From a virus (Duplodnaviria > Caudoviricetes), in IMG/VR virus record IMGVR_UViG_3300014205_000177, positions 113,805 through 177,804 of that record: DNA of 64,000 nucleotides, one strand, 5' to 3'. The notes beneath the pieces are model-generated. The model saw only the letters and a list, made by a program, of their open reading frames with translations. It was not told the DNA's origin and searched no databases. Positions 21,518-31,352 of this stretch are shown here, in pieces. The first letter of the stretch is position 1, and each line of letters begins with the position of its first letter. A program made the translations under genes and the position numbers.

Positions 21518-22232
21518 TTTTATTACTCCTATGTTCGCATCCATGAACTTTACAGTCTGGACTACATTTTATTCCAAGATATGAAACCTTATTTAATTCT
21601 CCATTTATTTGTTTGATAGCTTTTTCGGCAGATATTAAAGAAATATCATTAATTCCAGCTATAAAGTCTAGAATAGCTATACTCTTCTCCATATTATTTT
21701 CATATATTCTATTAGAATTACAAACATCAGTTATAAATGTAACAATATTTTCTCCAGAATCTTGACAAAAGTTTTGATATTTTTCTATTGCTATTTGTGG
21801 AATACCAGAATTATTCCATTCTGAAGTTGTTTCTTTATCCATATTTAATATTTTATTTTCCCAATAATCTTTAAGCTCTACATTATTTAAATTTAATATT
21901 TCTTCATTTTTAATATCTTTTAAGTGTTCAATTCTTTTTTTAAGTTTTATTTTTATAATATCTGTAAATATTTTATATCTTAATGGGCATGATATTCTTA
22001 ATCTATCAACTCTAAAATTAACCATTACATCAATCTTATGAAAAATTATAGAATCAGATATTTCTAATTTTGTATTTGAAAATTTAAACAATTTGATAAT
22101 ATTTTCATAATTTACTCTTACAATTTCAAATATTAAATATAAAAAAATTGTAATTATTAAAATTAAAAACAAACCACCAATGCCGAATTTATCAAATACA
22201 TATTTAAAATTATCTATAATAAAATTTTCCAT
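21510..22232 (-). CDS. Membrane protein with N-terminal TM helix, possible holin
   Basis: FGIGGLFLILIITIFLYLIF hydrophobic segment. Confidence 0.4.
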   Translation of the reverse strand: MENFIIDNFKYVFDKFGIGGLFLILIITIFLYLIFEIVRVNYENIIKLFKFSNTKLEISDSIIFHKIDVMVNFRVDRLRISCPLRYKIFTDIIKIKLKKRIEHLKDIKNEEILNLNNVELKDYWENKILNMDKETTSEWNNSGIPQIAIEKYQNFCQDSGENIVTFITDVCNSNRIYENNMEKSIAILDFIAGINDISLISAEKAIKQINGELNKVSYLGIKCSPDCKVHGCEHRSNKNV

Positions 22233-22249
22233 ATTTTTCTCCGTTTTTA

Positions 22250-22297
22250 AAAAAATAATCCCCTCTTTGTCCTAATTATAAGACCAAGAGAGGATTT
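22250..22297 (-). terminator. Intrinsic terminator after head genes
   Basis: Minus-strand hairpin ATCCTCTCTTGGTC/GGACAAAGAGGGAT followed by a T-run. Confidence 0.6.
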
Positions 22298-22312
22298 AAT
22301 GCGCATTTACGA

Positions 22313-22879
22313 TTAAGCTCTAATTTGCAATTCTCTTTCTGCAATTATTTTTTTTGAAGAATCTGCTGAACTAAATTTCATTTTTACGAATTCAGAAAGA
22401 ACTTCTTTTGAAGCTTTCTTTATTCTTAACTCTATTATTCCAAATGGAGCTTTCATTAATTCATCAGCAGTGATTTTCCCTATATTATTTCCAAGAATCT
22501 TTTGTTGTGCATTCACAGCAGCTATCCTGCTTTTTTTTAGTAGTTCATTTGTTGCTAATTCTTTTGCGGTCATTCTATCTTCAGTAGATACTGTTAATGA
22601 ACTTATAATATCATATCCAAGTTTCTTATCACAAGTGCAAGATTTTGCTCCAATATGTTTCTTATAACCACCTATACTTCCTAAAACTTTTAAACATGAA
22701 TTACAACGATACTTTCTAGGTGAAGATTCTTGTTTCTTTTTCCATGCAGAAGCAAGTTCTCTAGCTTTAATCATAGCTTTTTCAAAGCCTTCTCTCAGCT
22801 TTTCTGACGTATCAGAAGAAACCAATACCTCGTTGTTTGAGGTATTGGTTGTAGTTTCTCTTTGTATTCTTTCATCCAT
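22313..22879 (-). CDS. Hypothetical protein with Cys/His motif
   Basis: 188 aa; CNSC...H...C.C. Confidence 0.7.
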   Translation of the reverse strand: MDERIQRETTTNTSNNEVLVSSDTSEKLREGFEKAMIKARELASAWKKKQESSPRKYRCNSCLKVLGSIGGYKKHIGAKSCTCDKKLGYDIISSLTVSTEDRMTAKELATNELLKKSRIAAVNAQQKILGNNIGKITADELMKAPFGIIELRIKKASKEVLSEFVKMKFSSADSSKKIIAERELQIRA

Positions 22880-22920
22880 TTTTCCTGTTTCCTTTTATTT
22901 AACCTTTTCCGAATTTAAGA

Positions 22921-23802
22921 TTAGGCTGTGAATGTTACTTCAATCAAACCTTTTTCGTCGAGTACTGCGAATCCAAGAATTTCTCTAGCCATGATACCCA
23001 CTTTCCAGCTCATGATAGAAAGAGGATTGTCAAAAGTAGTAAGATTCTTACGAATTGGCATTACACCATAAGTTACACCATCACGCTGACCGAAAGCATA
23101 AGCTTTGTCATTGCTAACTAAAGCAGGATTATATACCTTATGGATATTTACACCCCAAACATTTGTCAATCCAGATTGATTGAATGCATTATCTTTCATA
23201 TTTTGTGAATATGTAGAGCTTTCAACCCAACTTCTCATATCTGAGAATCTGGAAGGAGAAACATATAAGTCTGTAATTTTTCTGCGAAGAACATCACCGG
23301 CTGTAACCAATTTGTTAAAAGCAGATACGTTAAGACCAGTATCGGATACCTTTTGAGATGCATCAAGAGTAGCTGCATGAGTATGGATTAAAGTCCAACC
23401 TGCAAGTTCTTCTTGGTCAATCACTTTATTTTTCAAAAGGGTAGTAGCTCTTTCAGCAACGTTAAAACGTCCTTGTTCTGCTACATCCATTTGATATTCT
23501 ACAGCTGCTTCAAGACCAAAGGTAGAAACCGAAATTTCTGTACCTTCTACTTGAATCTGTGGGATACCCCCAATTTTAGGCATTACCCATGCACAATTCA
23601 CGTCGTCAAACGGAATGTCATAAGTAGGTTGCGCACCAACCGGAAGTTGTTCAGGAGCAAAAATGCTTCTGATTGTTGATTGAGTATCGAGCAATGGAAG
23701 AATTACCATAGCACGAGACTGAGCAAATTCGCTTCTGCGAACAGGGTCACTTGCAGTTTGTTGAAACAAAGCAACCTTTTCATCGTAAGTCAATGTATTC
23801 AT
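22921..23802 (-). CDS. Major capsid protein (HK97-like)
   Basis: 293 aa; GGAGGT RBS; follows scaffold and decoration genes; LYVSPSRFSDM...WGVNI...GIMAREILGFAVLD pattern. Confidence 0.8.
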   Translation of the reverse strand: MNTLTYDEKVALFQQTASDPVRRSEFAQSRAMVILPLLDTQSTIRSIFAPEQLPVGAQPTYDIPFDDVNCAWVMPKIGGIPQIQVEGTEISVSTFGLEAAVEYQMDVAEQGRFNVAERATTLLKNKVIDQEELAGWTLIHTHAATLDASQKVSDTGLNVSAFNKLVTAGDVLRRKITDLYVSPSRFSDMRSWVESSTYSQNMKDNAFNQSGLTNVWGVNIHKVYNPALVSNDKAYAFGQRDGVTYGVMPIRKNLTTFDNPLSIMSWKVGIMAREILGFAVLDEKGLIEVTFTA

Positions 23803-23813
23803 TTTTACCTCCT

Positions 23814-24305
23814 TTATACTAATGAGAAGTCAACTCTTACACGAATATAAGAATCGCCATCTGTACCAGAGGTTTCAGCTACACCGACCGATTTATCAGA
23901 ACCCGTTTGAAAAGCTACTAGGTAGCCGCTAGGTCCAGGATAAAGCTCATCATGTTCGTTGATTTCACCAGCATAGTTAAGTGTTTCTACCCAACCTGCT
24001 CCAGTGATTACACCAACGGCATCTCCAATTCTGGCTTTTGTATTGTTGAAGAATTCATATCCTGCAAGCTCTCCTAAAACACTTGGGTCATAGGTTTGCT
24101 GTGCAAGAAATCCGAGACATCCTGCTGATGAACTACCAGGTACAGCAACTTTTACAGTTTCTGACTTAGCTGTGTCAATCACTACAGGAGCACCCTCTCT
24201 TGCCACTTCGTCGCATTTATAGAATGGGGCTACTATAACACCAAAAGTTGTCATAATACCTTTTCTATAGCGAGAAGGACGTTGGAACGGAATATTAGGA
24301 ACCAT
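23814..24305 (-). CDS. Capsid decoration/cement protein
   Basis: 163 aa Gly-rich beta protein between scaffold and capsid; AGGAGGT RBS. Confidence 0.6.
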   Translation of the reverse strand: MVPNIPFQRPSRYRKGIMTTFGVIVAPFYKCDEVAREGAPVVIDTAKSETVKVAVPGSSSAGCLGFLAQQTYDPSVLGELAGYEFFNNTKARIGDAVGVITGAGWVETLNYAGEINEHDELYPGPSGYLVAFQTGSDKSVGVAETSGTDGDSYIRVRVDFSLV

Positions 24306-24320
24306 AGTTACCTCCTATTT

Positions 24321-25205
24321 TTATATTGAAGCGTAGGCTTTCACCATATCAGCATCAACTTTTACTCCATCAGAAGCAGCTGCAACTGACCTTGCAAAAA
24401 TATCTCCCATACCTTTAACAGCTGGTGTAGAAGCAATTGCTTTCTTAACTTTTTCATCAGCTTGTTGTTCAGCAGTTTGAATCTTCGTAGATGCGGTTGT
24501 GCTTTCAACTTCTTCTTTTGTTGTTGGTTCTTTCTTGCTTGCGATTGCTGAAAGTTCTGCAACATAAGAATCAAAATCTTCTTTTTTCATTGCTGTAACT
24601 TTTTCAACTTGTTTTACTCGCAAGTCACCTTCAGGCATAAGAATATTTGCTTGAGTAAGAACTTCAGTTCTTTCAGCAACAGTCTTTTCTGCCACAATTT
24701 GGTCAATTTGTTTCTGCAACGTGCTGGCCTGCGTTAATGCTGTTTCCCTTTCAGAAGCAAGAGTTTGGTTCTGTGTCTTTAGTGTTTCCACTTCAGCTTT
24801 CACAGTTTCAAGTTCTGAGGAAACGTTAGCAGTGCTTGCCTTAGCGTCTGACAGTTCTTTTTCGAGAGTGGCACTTGAAGCTTGCATAGTTGCAATTTCT
24901 GCATCTTTGTCCGAAATCTTTTTAGCAATAGATGCTTCTGCATCTTTTTGTTTCAAAATTTCAGATACTTCAGCCTTGACCTGCTCTCTTAATTCTTTTT
25001 CGTCAGCCATAGCTTTTCCTCCGTTTTTGGTTTGTTCTTGCTCTGATGCAGAAATAGTATTCTTTTCACGACCCCCATCGTCAATTACAGAAACTTTTTC
25101 GTTTGCAGAGCTATTTGAGCTGGCTTCAGCCTTTAAAAAAACATTTCTAAATTCTTCAGAAACATTTTCATCAAGATTTATTCCAGTTTCACCCTTATTT
25201 TTCAT
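24321..25205 (-). CDS. Capsid scaffolding protein
   Basis: Ala/Glu/Lys coiled-coil; internal GGAGG-ATG restart near 25010. Confidence 0.65.
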   Translation of the reverse strand: MKNKGETGINLDENVSEEFRNVFLKAEASSNSSANEKVSVIDDGGREKNTISASEQEQTKNGGKAMADEKELREQVKAEVSEILKQKDAEASIAKKISDKDAEIATMQASSATLEKELSDAKASTANVSSELETVKAEVETLKTQNQTLASERETALTQASTLQKQIDQIVAEKTVAERTEVLTQANILMPEGDLRVKQVEKVTAMKKEDFDSYVAELSAIASKKEPTTKEEVESTTASTKIQTAEQQADEKVKKAIASTPAVKGMGDIFARSVAAASDGVKVDADMVKAYASI

Positions 25206-26073
25206 TTACTACCTCCATTGAAGCTACTAATCTTTCTATTTCTTCATGTTCTTTAATATATAATTCGTTTGGATTATATTTTTGTAAAATGTGCAATTCA
25301 TTATGTCTTGCTATTAACTTTTCTCTTGCTGTAACAAAACAAGAATATTCATTAGCTGGATTTGTTGTAGCCCCAACTCCACCAAATAATAATCCATTTA
25401 AAACTCTTGACACTCTTCTTCCTTTTACTTTTTCTCCAGCATTCCATTGTGATAAATACTTTTCTTTATTGCTATCTGTTGATTTTATAATTTCTTCACC
25501 AACCATAAAATCAAATCCTTTATACCAACATTCCATACTAACAGATATTTTTCCATCTTCAGTCATTTGTAATAAATCTGTTATTGTATTTGGAAAATAA
25601 AAAGAATATAAAACTGCTCCGCATACCATATCTAGACTATCTTCAACTTTTCTTTTTGGGTCATCTGTAGTATCAAGTTTTGATATTTCATCTTCTGAAA
25701 GTATTGTCCCATCTTTTTTAGCTAAAGCAGAATGAACCATATGTCCAATAATAGTATTCTGATTTTGATTATATAATGGTGATGTTATATAGCTTGATAC
25801 TTCTTTAAGTTTATGTTCTACGTTAAAAGGTTTATATATAGGACTATTTCTTGATGCCAATAATTGACTTCTTGAAAAATAATCTCCATTTTTATTCTCA
25901 TGTTCTGATGCTAATACAAATATTCTATAAGATAAATCAGGAACATCTATAGGTGAAAAAAGATTAACGGCTCCTTTTATTTTTTTAATACTAGCTTTAG
26001 CATTTTTAAAATAATCACTTTTTTCAGGAACCATAGTTGCTGTGACAATAGTTTTTTCGTAGTCTTTATGCAT
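25195..26073 (-). CDS. Prohead protease
   Basis: NKNGDYF...PFNVEH...IIGH...VSMEC...FGGVGATTNPA motifs. Confidence 0.75.
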   Translation of the reverse strand: MHKDYEKTIVTATMVPEKSDYFKNAKASIKKIKGAVNLFSPIDVPDLSYRIFVLASEHENKNGDYFSRSQLLASRNSPIYKPFNVEHKLKEVSSYITSPLYNQNQNTIIGHMVHSALAKKDGTILSEDEISKLDTTDDPKRKVEDSLDMVCGAVLYSFYFPNTITDLLQMTEDGKISVSMECWYKGFDFMVGEEIIKSTDSNKEKYLSQWNAGEKVKGRRVSRVLNGLLFGGVGATTNPANEYSCFVTAREKLIARHNELHILQKYNPNELYIKEHEEIERLVASMEVVNEK

Positions 26074-26074
26074 A

Positions 26075-26350
26075 TTATATTTTTGCGAAATCCCTAAGTG
26101 TTGGTTCTTTTACATTTGCCTCTGGCTTGCCTTCTATAAAACTTGCTGTTGATGGTTGATAAGAAAAATTTGTGACAGAACTAAATCCATCTTTATCTTT
26201 ATTATTTATAGAATAATTAAAACAAAGGTCTCTTCCACATGATTCGTATTCATAATAATACACATTAACAGACTTAAGATTCTTTATTTTAGCACCATCA
26301 ATTGTTAAAGATGCATCTTCTCCATCAATTGTAATAACGATTTTTGCCAT
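26075..26350 (-). CDS. Hypothetical protein
   Basis: 91 aa; GGAG RBS. Confidence 0.65.
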   Translation of the reverse strand: MAKIVITIDGEDASLTIDGAKIKNLKSVNVYYYEYESCGRDLCFNYSINNKDKDGFSSVTNFSYQPSTASFIEGKPEANVKEPTLRDFAKI

Positions 26351-26458
26351 TTTTTAATATCTCCACGTTTAGTTATTCAGCTTATTATATATTTACACAA
26401 CAGAATTAAACACTTTTTAAAATATATTTTCAATTTTTTTTTTTAATATTTTTAAATT

Positions 26459-28306
26459 TTATAAAGATAATGAATCTATAACCATAGAAACAACATTTAT
26501 TAAATCTTTATTTCCTGTTATTCTCATGTAATCAGAAGAAGCAGATATTATTTTAACCATAGCTATAGAGCTTTCTTTTTCATCTTGTATATTTTCCTTA
26601 ACATAATCTTCTAATATGGAAGACACTTCTTGAATTTGTTTTTTAGAAGTTGCGCTTTCGTATCCTGAATCTATACATTTCTTTATAAAACTTTCACTTG
26701 ATATTGATTTTGTTTTAGAAGGAGACTTTGGTTTATCTTTAGCTTTTGGTCTATTTCCCTCTTTAATAGGACTACTTGGTCTACCTTCTTGTTTACTTGG
26801 AGTAGAATTAGAAGCTTGTTGAGTAGGTGCAACTTGAGGTTTAAGTATTTCTTCTTTATCTCTAATTTTCTTTTCTCTTCTAAGTCTATCAAGTTCTTTT
26901 GGGAAATAGAACCCTATTGTTTCTATAGCTGTTTCATAAGAAATTATTTGACGGTCAACCATCTGCATAATTACGCCTATAAAAGCATTCTCATCTTTAA
27001 GATTTAATTTACCAAAACCTGATTCTGGTATTTTATCTATACCAATTACATTGCAAATATTTTCAAGTTCACCATCAAACCAATCACAAAATGATGTTTG
27101 AGCATTATCTAATTTTTCTATTAGTCCTTTCATATTTAATACATTATTGCCAGTATTTCCGCTATTTTCTCCAATTAGAGCTTGAGCAATACCAAAACAT
27201 GATAATATTTCTGAATTTACTAAATTATACTTTTCTGCATTTAGTGTATCAAGAGTTGGTTCTATATATTCTATATTAAGAGTATGATTCCAAAATATTG
27301 TAAGGTTTTTACTTGGGTTTTTAAAAGCAGTAGCAAGTGTTTTAAGTTCTTTATTATCTGTAACTGGAAATTGGTCTGAACCTATTGTAACTTTTAATAT
27401 TCTATTCTTAACTCCTCTCACAGTAGCTTTGTCCATCTCTCTTATTTCTTGTTTAAAGTCAAGAGAATCAAAACAATGAGAAACAGTAGGATTAGCCCAA
27501 GATTCATATGGTTGTTTTTCTTTATATATTATATCAAATAAATAATTTGGTATTTCAACTTCGTAATCTCCATTTAATGCTTTAGATTTAATTTCTTCTG
27601 GTATCATACCAAAAACATTATTACCTAAATCCATCATTTTTTTAAATTCTGAAGAAACAACCATTGAATAATAAGCATTTGAATTTTTAGAAAAAGTATT
27701 TATTCTTACATTTAGTGGATTTAATAATGTATAAAAAGCTGGAATACTATTATTTTTAAATTTATCTCTCAATAAAATTTTTTGTTCTGCTGTTAAATTT
27801 TTATAATTTTTAATTTCTGACAATATAGTATTACTATTTTTTGCTACTATAGATGATTTTTTATTATTTATTTCTTTTGGAATATATGGAATCATTGATT
27901 TTAATATAGGAACATTTCCTGAACGAAAATATTCTAAAAAGAAATATTTAAGAAATTCATTACCTCTTATGTCTTTCCACCATGTTTTGATAACTAATTC
28001 AGATTCTTTATCTTCACATGAAATTTTAAAATTATCATTTGCGAGTTGAGATAACATTGACACACATTGATAAACAATAGCATCTTTATTATAATAAAAA
28101 ACCGCTTTTCTAATATTTTGTTTATATTCACTTTCTGTTTGAGAAGAAGTAATTGCATAATTTTTTGCAGTTTGTTCTCCTTGGTAAGTATATTCTCTAT
28201 TATCAAAAGAACCAGTAGCCAACGACATAAAAAATGAGGTTGAACCATCTGGATTTTTTACAAACGGAATATCCCCAGTATCTCTTTTTTCAGTTATATT
28301 TTTCAT
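26459..28306 (-). CDS. Portal protein
   Basis: 615 aa directly after TerL; EYFRSGNV, ILKVTIG, charged C-terminal tail with GRP. Confidence 0.75.
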   Translation of the reverse strand: MKNITEKRDTGDIPFVKNPDGSTSFFMSLATGSFDNREYTYQGEQTAKNYAITSSQTESEYKQNIRKAVFYYNKDAIVYQCVSMLSQLANDNFKISCEDKESELVIKTWWKDIRGNEFLKYFFLEYFRSGNVPILKSMIPYIPKEINNKKSSIVAKNSNTILSEIKNYKNLTAEQKILLRDKFKNNSIPAFYTLLNPLNVRINTFSKNSNAYYSMVVSSEFKKMMDLGNNVFGMIPEEIKSKALNGDYEVEIPNYLFDIIYKEKQPYESWANPTVSHCFDSLDFKQEIREMDKATVRGVKNRILKVTIGSDQFPVTDNKELKTLATAFKNPSKNLTIFWNHTLNIEYIEPTLDTLNAEKYNLVNSEILSCFGIAQALIGENSGNTGNNVLNMKGLIEKLDNAQTSFCDWFDGELENICNVIGIDKIPESGFGKLNLKDENAFIGVIMQMVDRQIISYETAIETIGFYFPKELDRLRREKKIRDKEEILKPQVAPTQQASNSTPSKQEGRPSSPIKEGNRPKAKDKPKSPSKTKSISSESFIKKCIDSGYESATSKKQIQEVSSILEDYVKENIQDEKESSIAMVKIISASSDYMRITGNKDLINVVSMVIDSLSL

Positions 28307-28315
28307 ATTTATGGA

Positions 28316-31300
28316 TTAATTCCAGAATCCCCCAGCTAATGATTGAGGTTTGTTAATGTTTTCTAAATAATTATATGCTAAATCATGCCCTATTAACACA
28401 GCACTATATCTATCTTTTCTTTGTTTTTTCTGTGGAGTGTCCCAATGCATCCTTCCAGAACCAGGTGTTAAGGTCACAACAATGTTTTGTATTTCATTCA
28501 TTGTTTCTAATATTTGTTTATACATTAGTTCATCTTCAGTGCTTTCTTCATCATGACAATTTGTTAATAATCCTTTTTCACATGGGAATAATAAAGTACC
28601 ATTTTGTAAAGAAAGTAATAAATTATGATTTGCATTGTGAACCCATTCATATCTTGAAAATTCTACTAATTCAAGCATTCTATTGCCTTTCATAAATCTA
28701 TGTTCTTCAAATCCCCTTTGTAGAATAGGAGTTTCTCCAACAGACAATGTTTTGGAATCTGCCAATAAGTCTCTTATAGTTTGACCCCCTCCTCCTGAAT
28801 CCATTGCAAATTCAGTTATATTATATTCTTTTATAAGATTTCTTATTTCTCTATGCATAACAGGATATGGTTGTTTATTATAGGCTAAAACTCTTTTAAG
28901 TTTTATTAGTCTTTTTGCTATATCAATTGTAAATATGGCAATTGCAAAATTATCACCATTACGAGCTGGGTCTATACCCATTACATTTACAAAACCTGAT
29001 TGTTTAGCAAGTGATTTTTCACATGAAAATGAATAATGTAACTGTGATTTATCGAGAAGTGAACGTTGAAAGAAACCATCTGAGTCAGCAGGAAAATAAT
29101 TTTCATATTCCATTCTAAATTGATAGTCTGGCATATTTAACTTTGCTTCATCAATAGAACTTCTGTTCATAAATCCTTCTGGATAATCATTATGTGTAAA
29201 TGCTACTAAAGCCCTGTTATTATCTTTCATTATATTATAAGGTATTTGAGGACCAGATTCATTACCTCTTAATTCTATACCTTGTAAATCTTCTGGTATT
29301 TCTTGATTATTATTAAATAATTTAATATATCTATCTTGTTTTTCCATAATTGAATCAATATAACTCTTAACAGAAACCCAAAAATGATTATATTGATAAT
29401 AAGAAGTAGAAGAAAGAACTATTTTATTACTATATAATTTTTCTATTTTATTAATTTTACCTAAAGCTAAAAGTTTCTTTTGTTCTTCTATAAATCTTAC
29501 TTGTTCCATTGGGTTTTTAGAAGTTGCCATCATACCACGAATAACTACATCTAAAACTTCCTTATTTACCTGAGCTACTTCGTCTACAATAACAGTAAAA
29601 AAACGAGCACCACGAATTGTTCCCCCGTCACCTATAGGTAACGCTTGAATAACAGAGCCTGGTTTATTGCATACTGATTTAAATTGGAGATAGCACATAT
29701 CTGTCATTTTAGTAGGTTTCTTTTCACAACAATCTCTTAAAAGAAGAGATGTTTCATATATTCTTTCTATTTCAGAAAAAACAAATTTTGACTGACGAAA
29801 AGATGCACCAAATATACCAACTTTTTCGCCAGGAAATAGTAATGCTCTTAAAATTGCAAATACAGCATCAATAAAAGTATTGTGAGATATAAATCCATTG
29901 GATATAAAAGTATGGTCGTCTGGAATATGAACATCGTAAGTATGCTCTTCTGGAAGAATTTCTTTCTCTACAACAATATCAAAAAAGTAATTTTTTTCTG
30001 ATATATCTTTTAACTTTTTCCAATTTTCGCTATCACTGCAATCCTTAGTTAACTCTAAAAATTCATTTAAAAATCTATAAGATGGATTGTATTCTAATAG
30101 GTGAGTATTCTGCAATAACGTTCTTGATTTTCTATCTAGTTTATATTCCACCTTGTTTTTTAAGTAATCATTTTTCACAGAAATAAGAATATCCGATAGG
30201 AAAGGAATCACATCCTTATTGGGATTGAATTTTTTATTCAGCAATAACGTCTCAAGTTTGTCTTGTTTCCTATTACATTTAAATCCTATCTTTTCTGCAA
30301 AAATTTTTGCTGAATTTGAATATATAAACAATCTCCATGAATCTCTTCTTGATTCAATTCCTTTGTAAATATATTTTACCGACTTATAATGGATAGAAGA
30401 AATAATTCCAAAAGATAAAAGAACCACCTGAAGTTGTTTTAATAGTTTTTCAGAACATGATGAAAACTCAACCCCTCTATCAGTAACACTTCCATCGGTA
30501 TCTGCATATCCAGAAATAAATGATGCCAATACTTTTTTATTTGATTGTAGTATTGACTCTGGTATTTCTTTTTCTTTTGATTTTACTTTTTTAAGCTTGT
30601 ATTTACTAAAGAATTCTTTATCTCTATAAGCTCCTCCGAAATTCAAACTAAATTCTATTTTATCCTTTAGTTCTGAAAACTTACAAGCTCCTAGTTTTTT
30701 ATAATTTTCTCTGAAAATATTTATTATGTCTTCATCTGTATTGGTAAATCCAACCCCTCCGGATTTTACAAAGCATCCATCGCCAATTAATGCTCCAATC
30801 ATATATCCTTCTATTTCTGATATCCAGTTAAATTCTCCGCTGAATTCATACTTATCATCCCTATTAATGACTACATAATCTCCAATTTTTATATCATCAT
30901 TTCTTTTCCATGTAATATTTCCATTTTCAAAACATCTAATCATGTGCTTGTCTACTGATTTTATTTCGTAGCCGTGACAAGTTCTTGTTCTGTAAATTTG
31001 TTTTGGTTCGTTTTTGTATGTGTGCGATGTATTTTTGAATCCGTTTTCTCCATACATTTGGATTACACTCTCTTTAAGTCCAAACTCTTCTGATTTGTGA
31101 AGTCCTGCTATTTCATGGAATCCACTATTGAGAAGACACATAGAGTCTCCAACTATGCATTTACCAGAACCACGGGACAAAACCATAATCACATTATTAC
31201 AGTCCCACATTGCTCTAAGTGCAATTCTTTGATGTGGAGCAAGGTCAATACCAAGTAAATCCCTTGCTGCTGCTGCTGGGTCTTCTTTATAAATTCTTAC

Positions 31301-31345
31301 CATCTCCATTAATTGAATATCGTCTTCTGCAAAATTCTGTATCAT
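28316..31345 (-). CDS. terL: Terminase large subunit with intein
   Basis: Walker A SRGSGK(T), Walker B VIVDE, nuclease GIDPAR...MDSGGGG...KDRYSA. Confidence 0.93.
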   Translation of the reverse strand: MIQNFAEDDIQLMEMVRIYKEDPAAAARDLLGIDLAPHQRIALRAMWDCNNVIMVLSRGSGKCIVGDSMCLLNSGFHEIAGLHKSEEFGLKESVIQMYGENGFKNTSHTYKNEPKQIYRTRTCHGYEIKSVDKHMIRCFENGNITWKRNDDIKIGDYVVINRDDKYEFSGEFNWISEIEGYMIGALIGDGCFVKSGGVGFTNTDEDIINIFRENYKKLGACKFSELKDKIEFSLNFGGAYRDKEFFSKYKLKKVKSKEKEIPESILQSNKKVLASFISGYADTDGSVTDRGVEFSSCSEKLLKQLQVVLLSFGIISSIHYKSVKYIYKGIESRRDSWRLFIYSNSAKIFAEKIGFKCNRKQDKLETLLLNKKFNPNKDVIPFLSDILISVKNDYLKNKVEYKLDRKSRTLLQNTHLLEYNPSYRFLNEFLELTKDCSDSENWKKLKDISEKNYFFDIVVEKEILPEEHTYDVHIPDDHTFISNGFISHNTFIDAVFAILRALLFPGEKVGIFGASFRQSKFVFSEIERIYETSLLLRDCCEKKPTKMTDMCYLQFKSVCNKPGSVIQALPIGDGGTIRGARFFTVIVDEVAQVNKEVLDVVIRGMMATSKNPMEQVRFIEEQKKLLALGKINKIEKLYSNKIVLSSTSYYQYNHFWVSVKSYIDSIMEKQDRYIKLFNNNQEIPEDLQGIELRGNESGPQIPYNIMKDNNRALVAFTHNDYPEGFMNRSSIDEAKLNMPDYQFRMEYENYFPADSDGFFQRSLLDKSQLHYSFSCEKSLAKQSGFVNVMGIDPARNGDNFAIAIFTIDIAKRLIKLKRVLAYNKQPYPVMHREIRNLIKEYNITEFAMDSGGGGQTIRDLLADSKTLSVGETPILQRGFEEHRFMKGNRMLELVEFSRYEWVHNANHNLLLSLQNGTLLFPCEKGLLTNCHDEESTEDELMYKQILETMNEIQNIVVTLTPGSGRMHWDTPQKKQRKDRYSAVLIGHDLAYNYLENINKPQSLAGGFWN
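29879..31159 (-). mobile_element. 427 aa intein with LAGLIDADG homing endonuclease in TerL
   Basis: Starts CIVGDS, ends NGFISHN, followed by Thr; GALIGDG and SGYADTDG motifs. Confidence 0.93.
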
Positions 31346-31352
31346 AATATCC

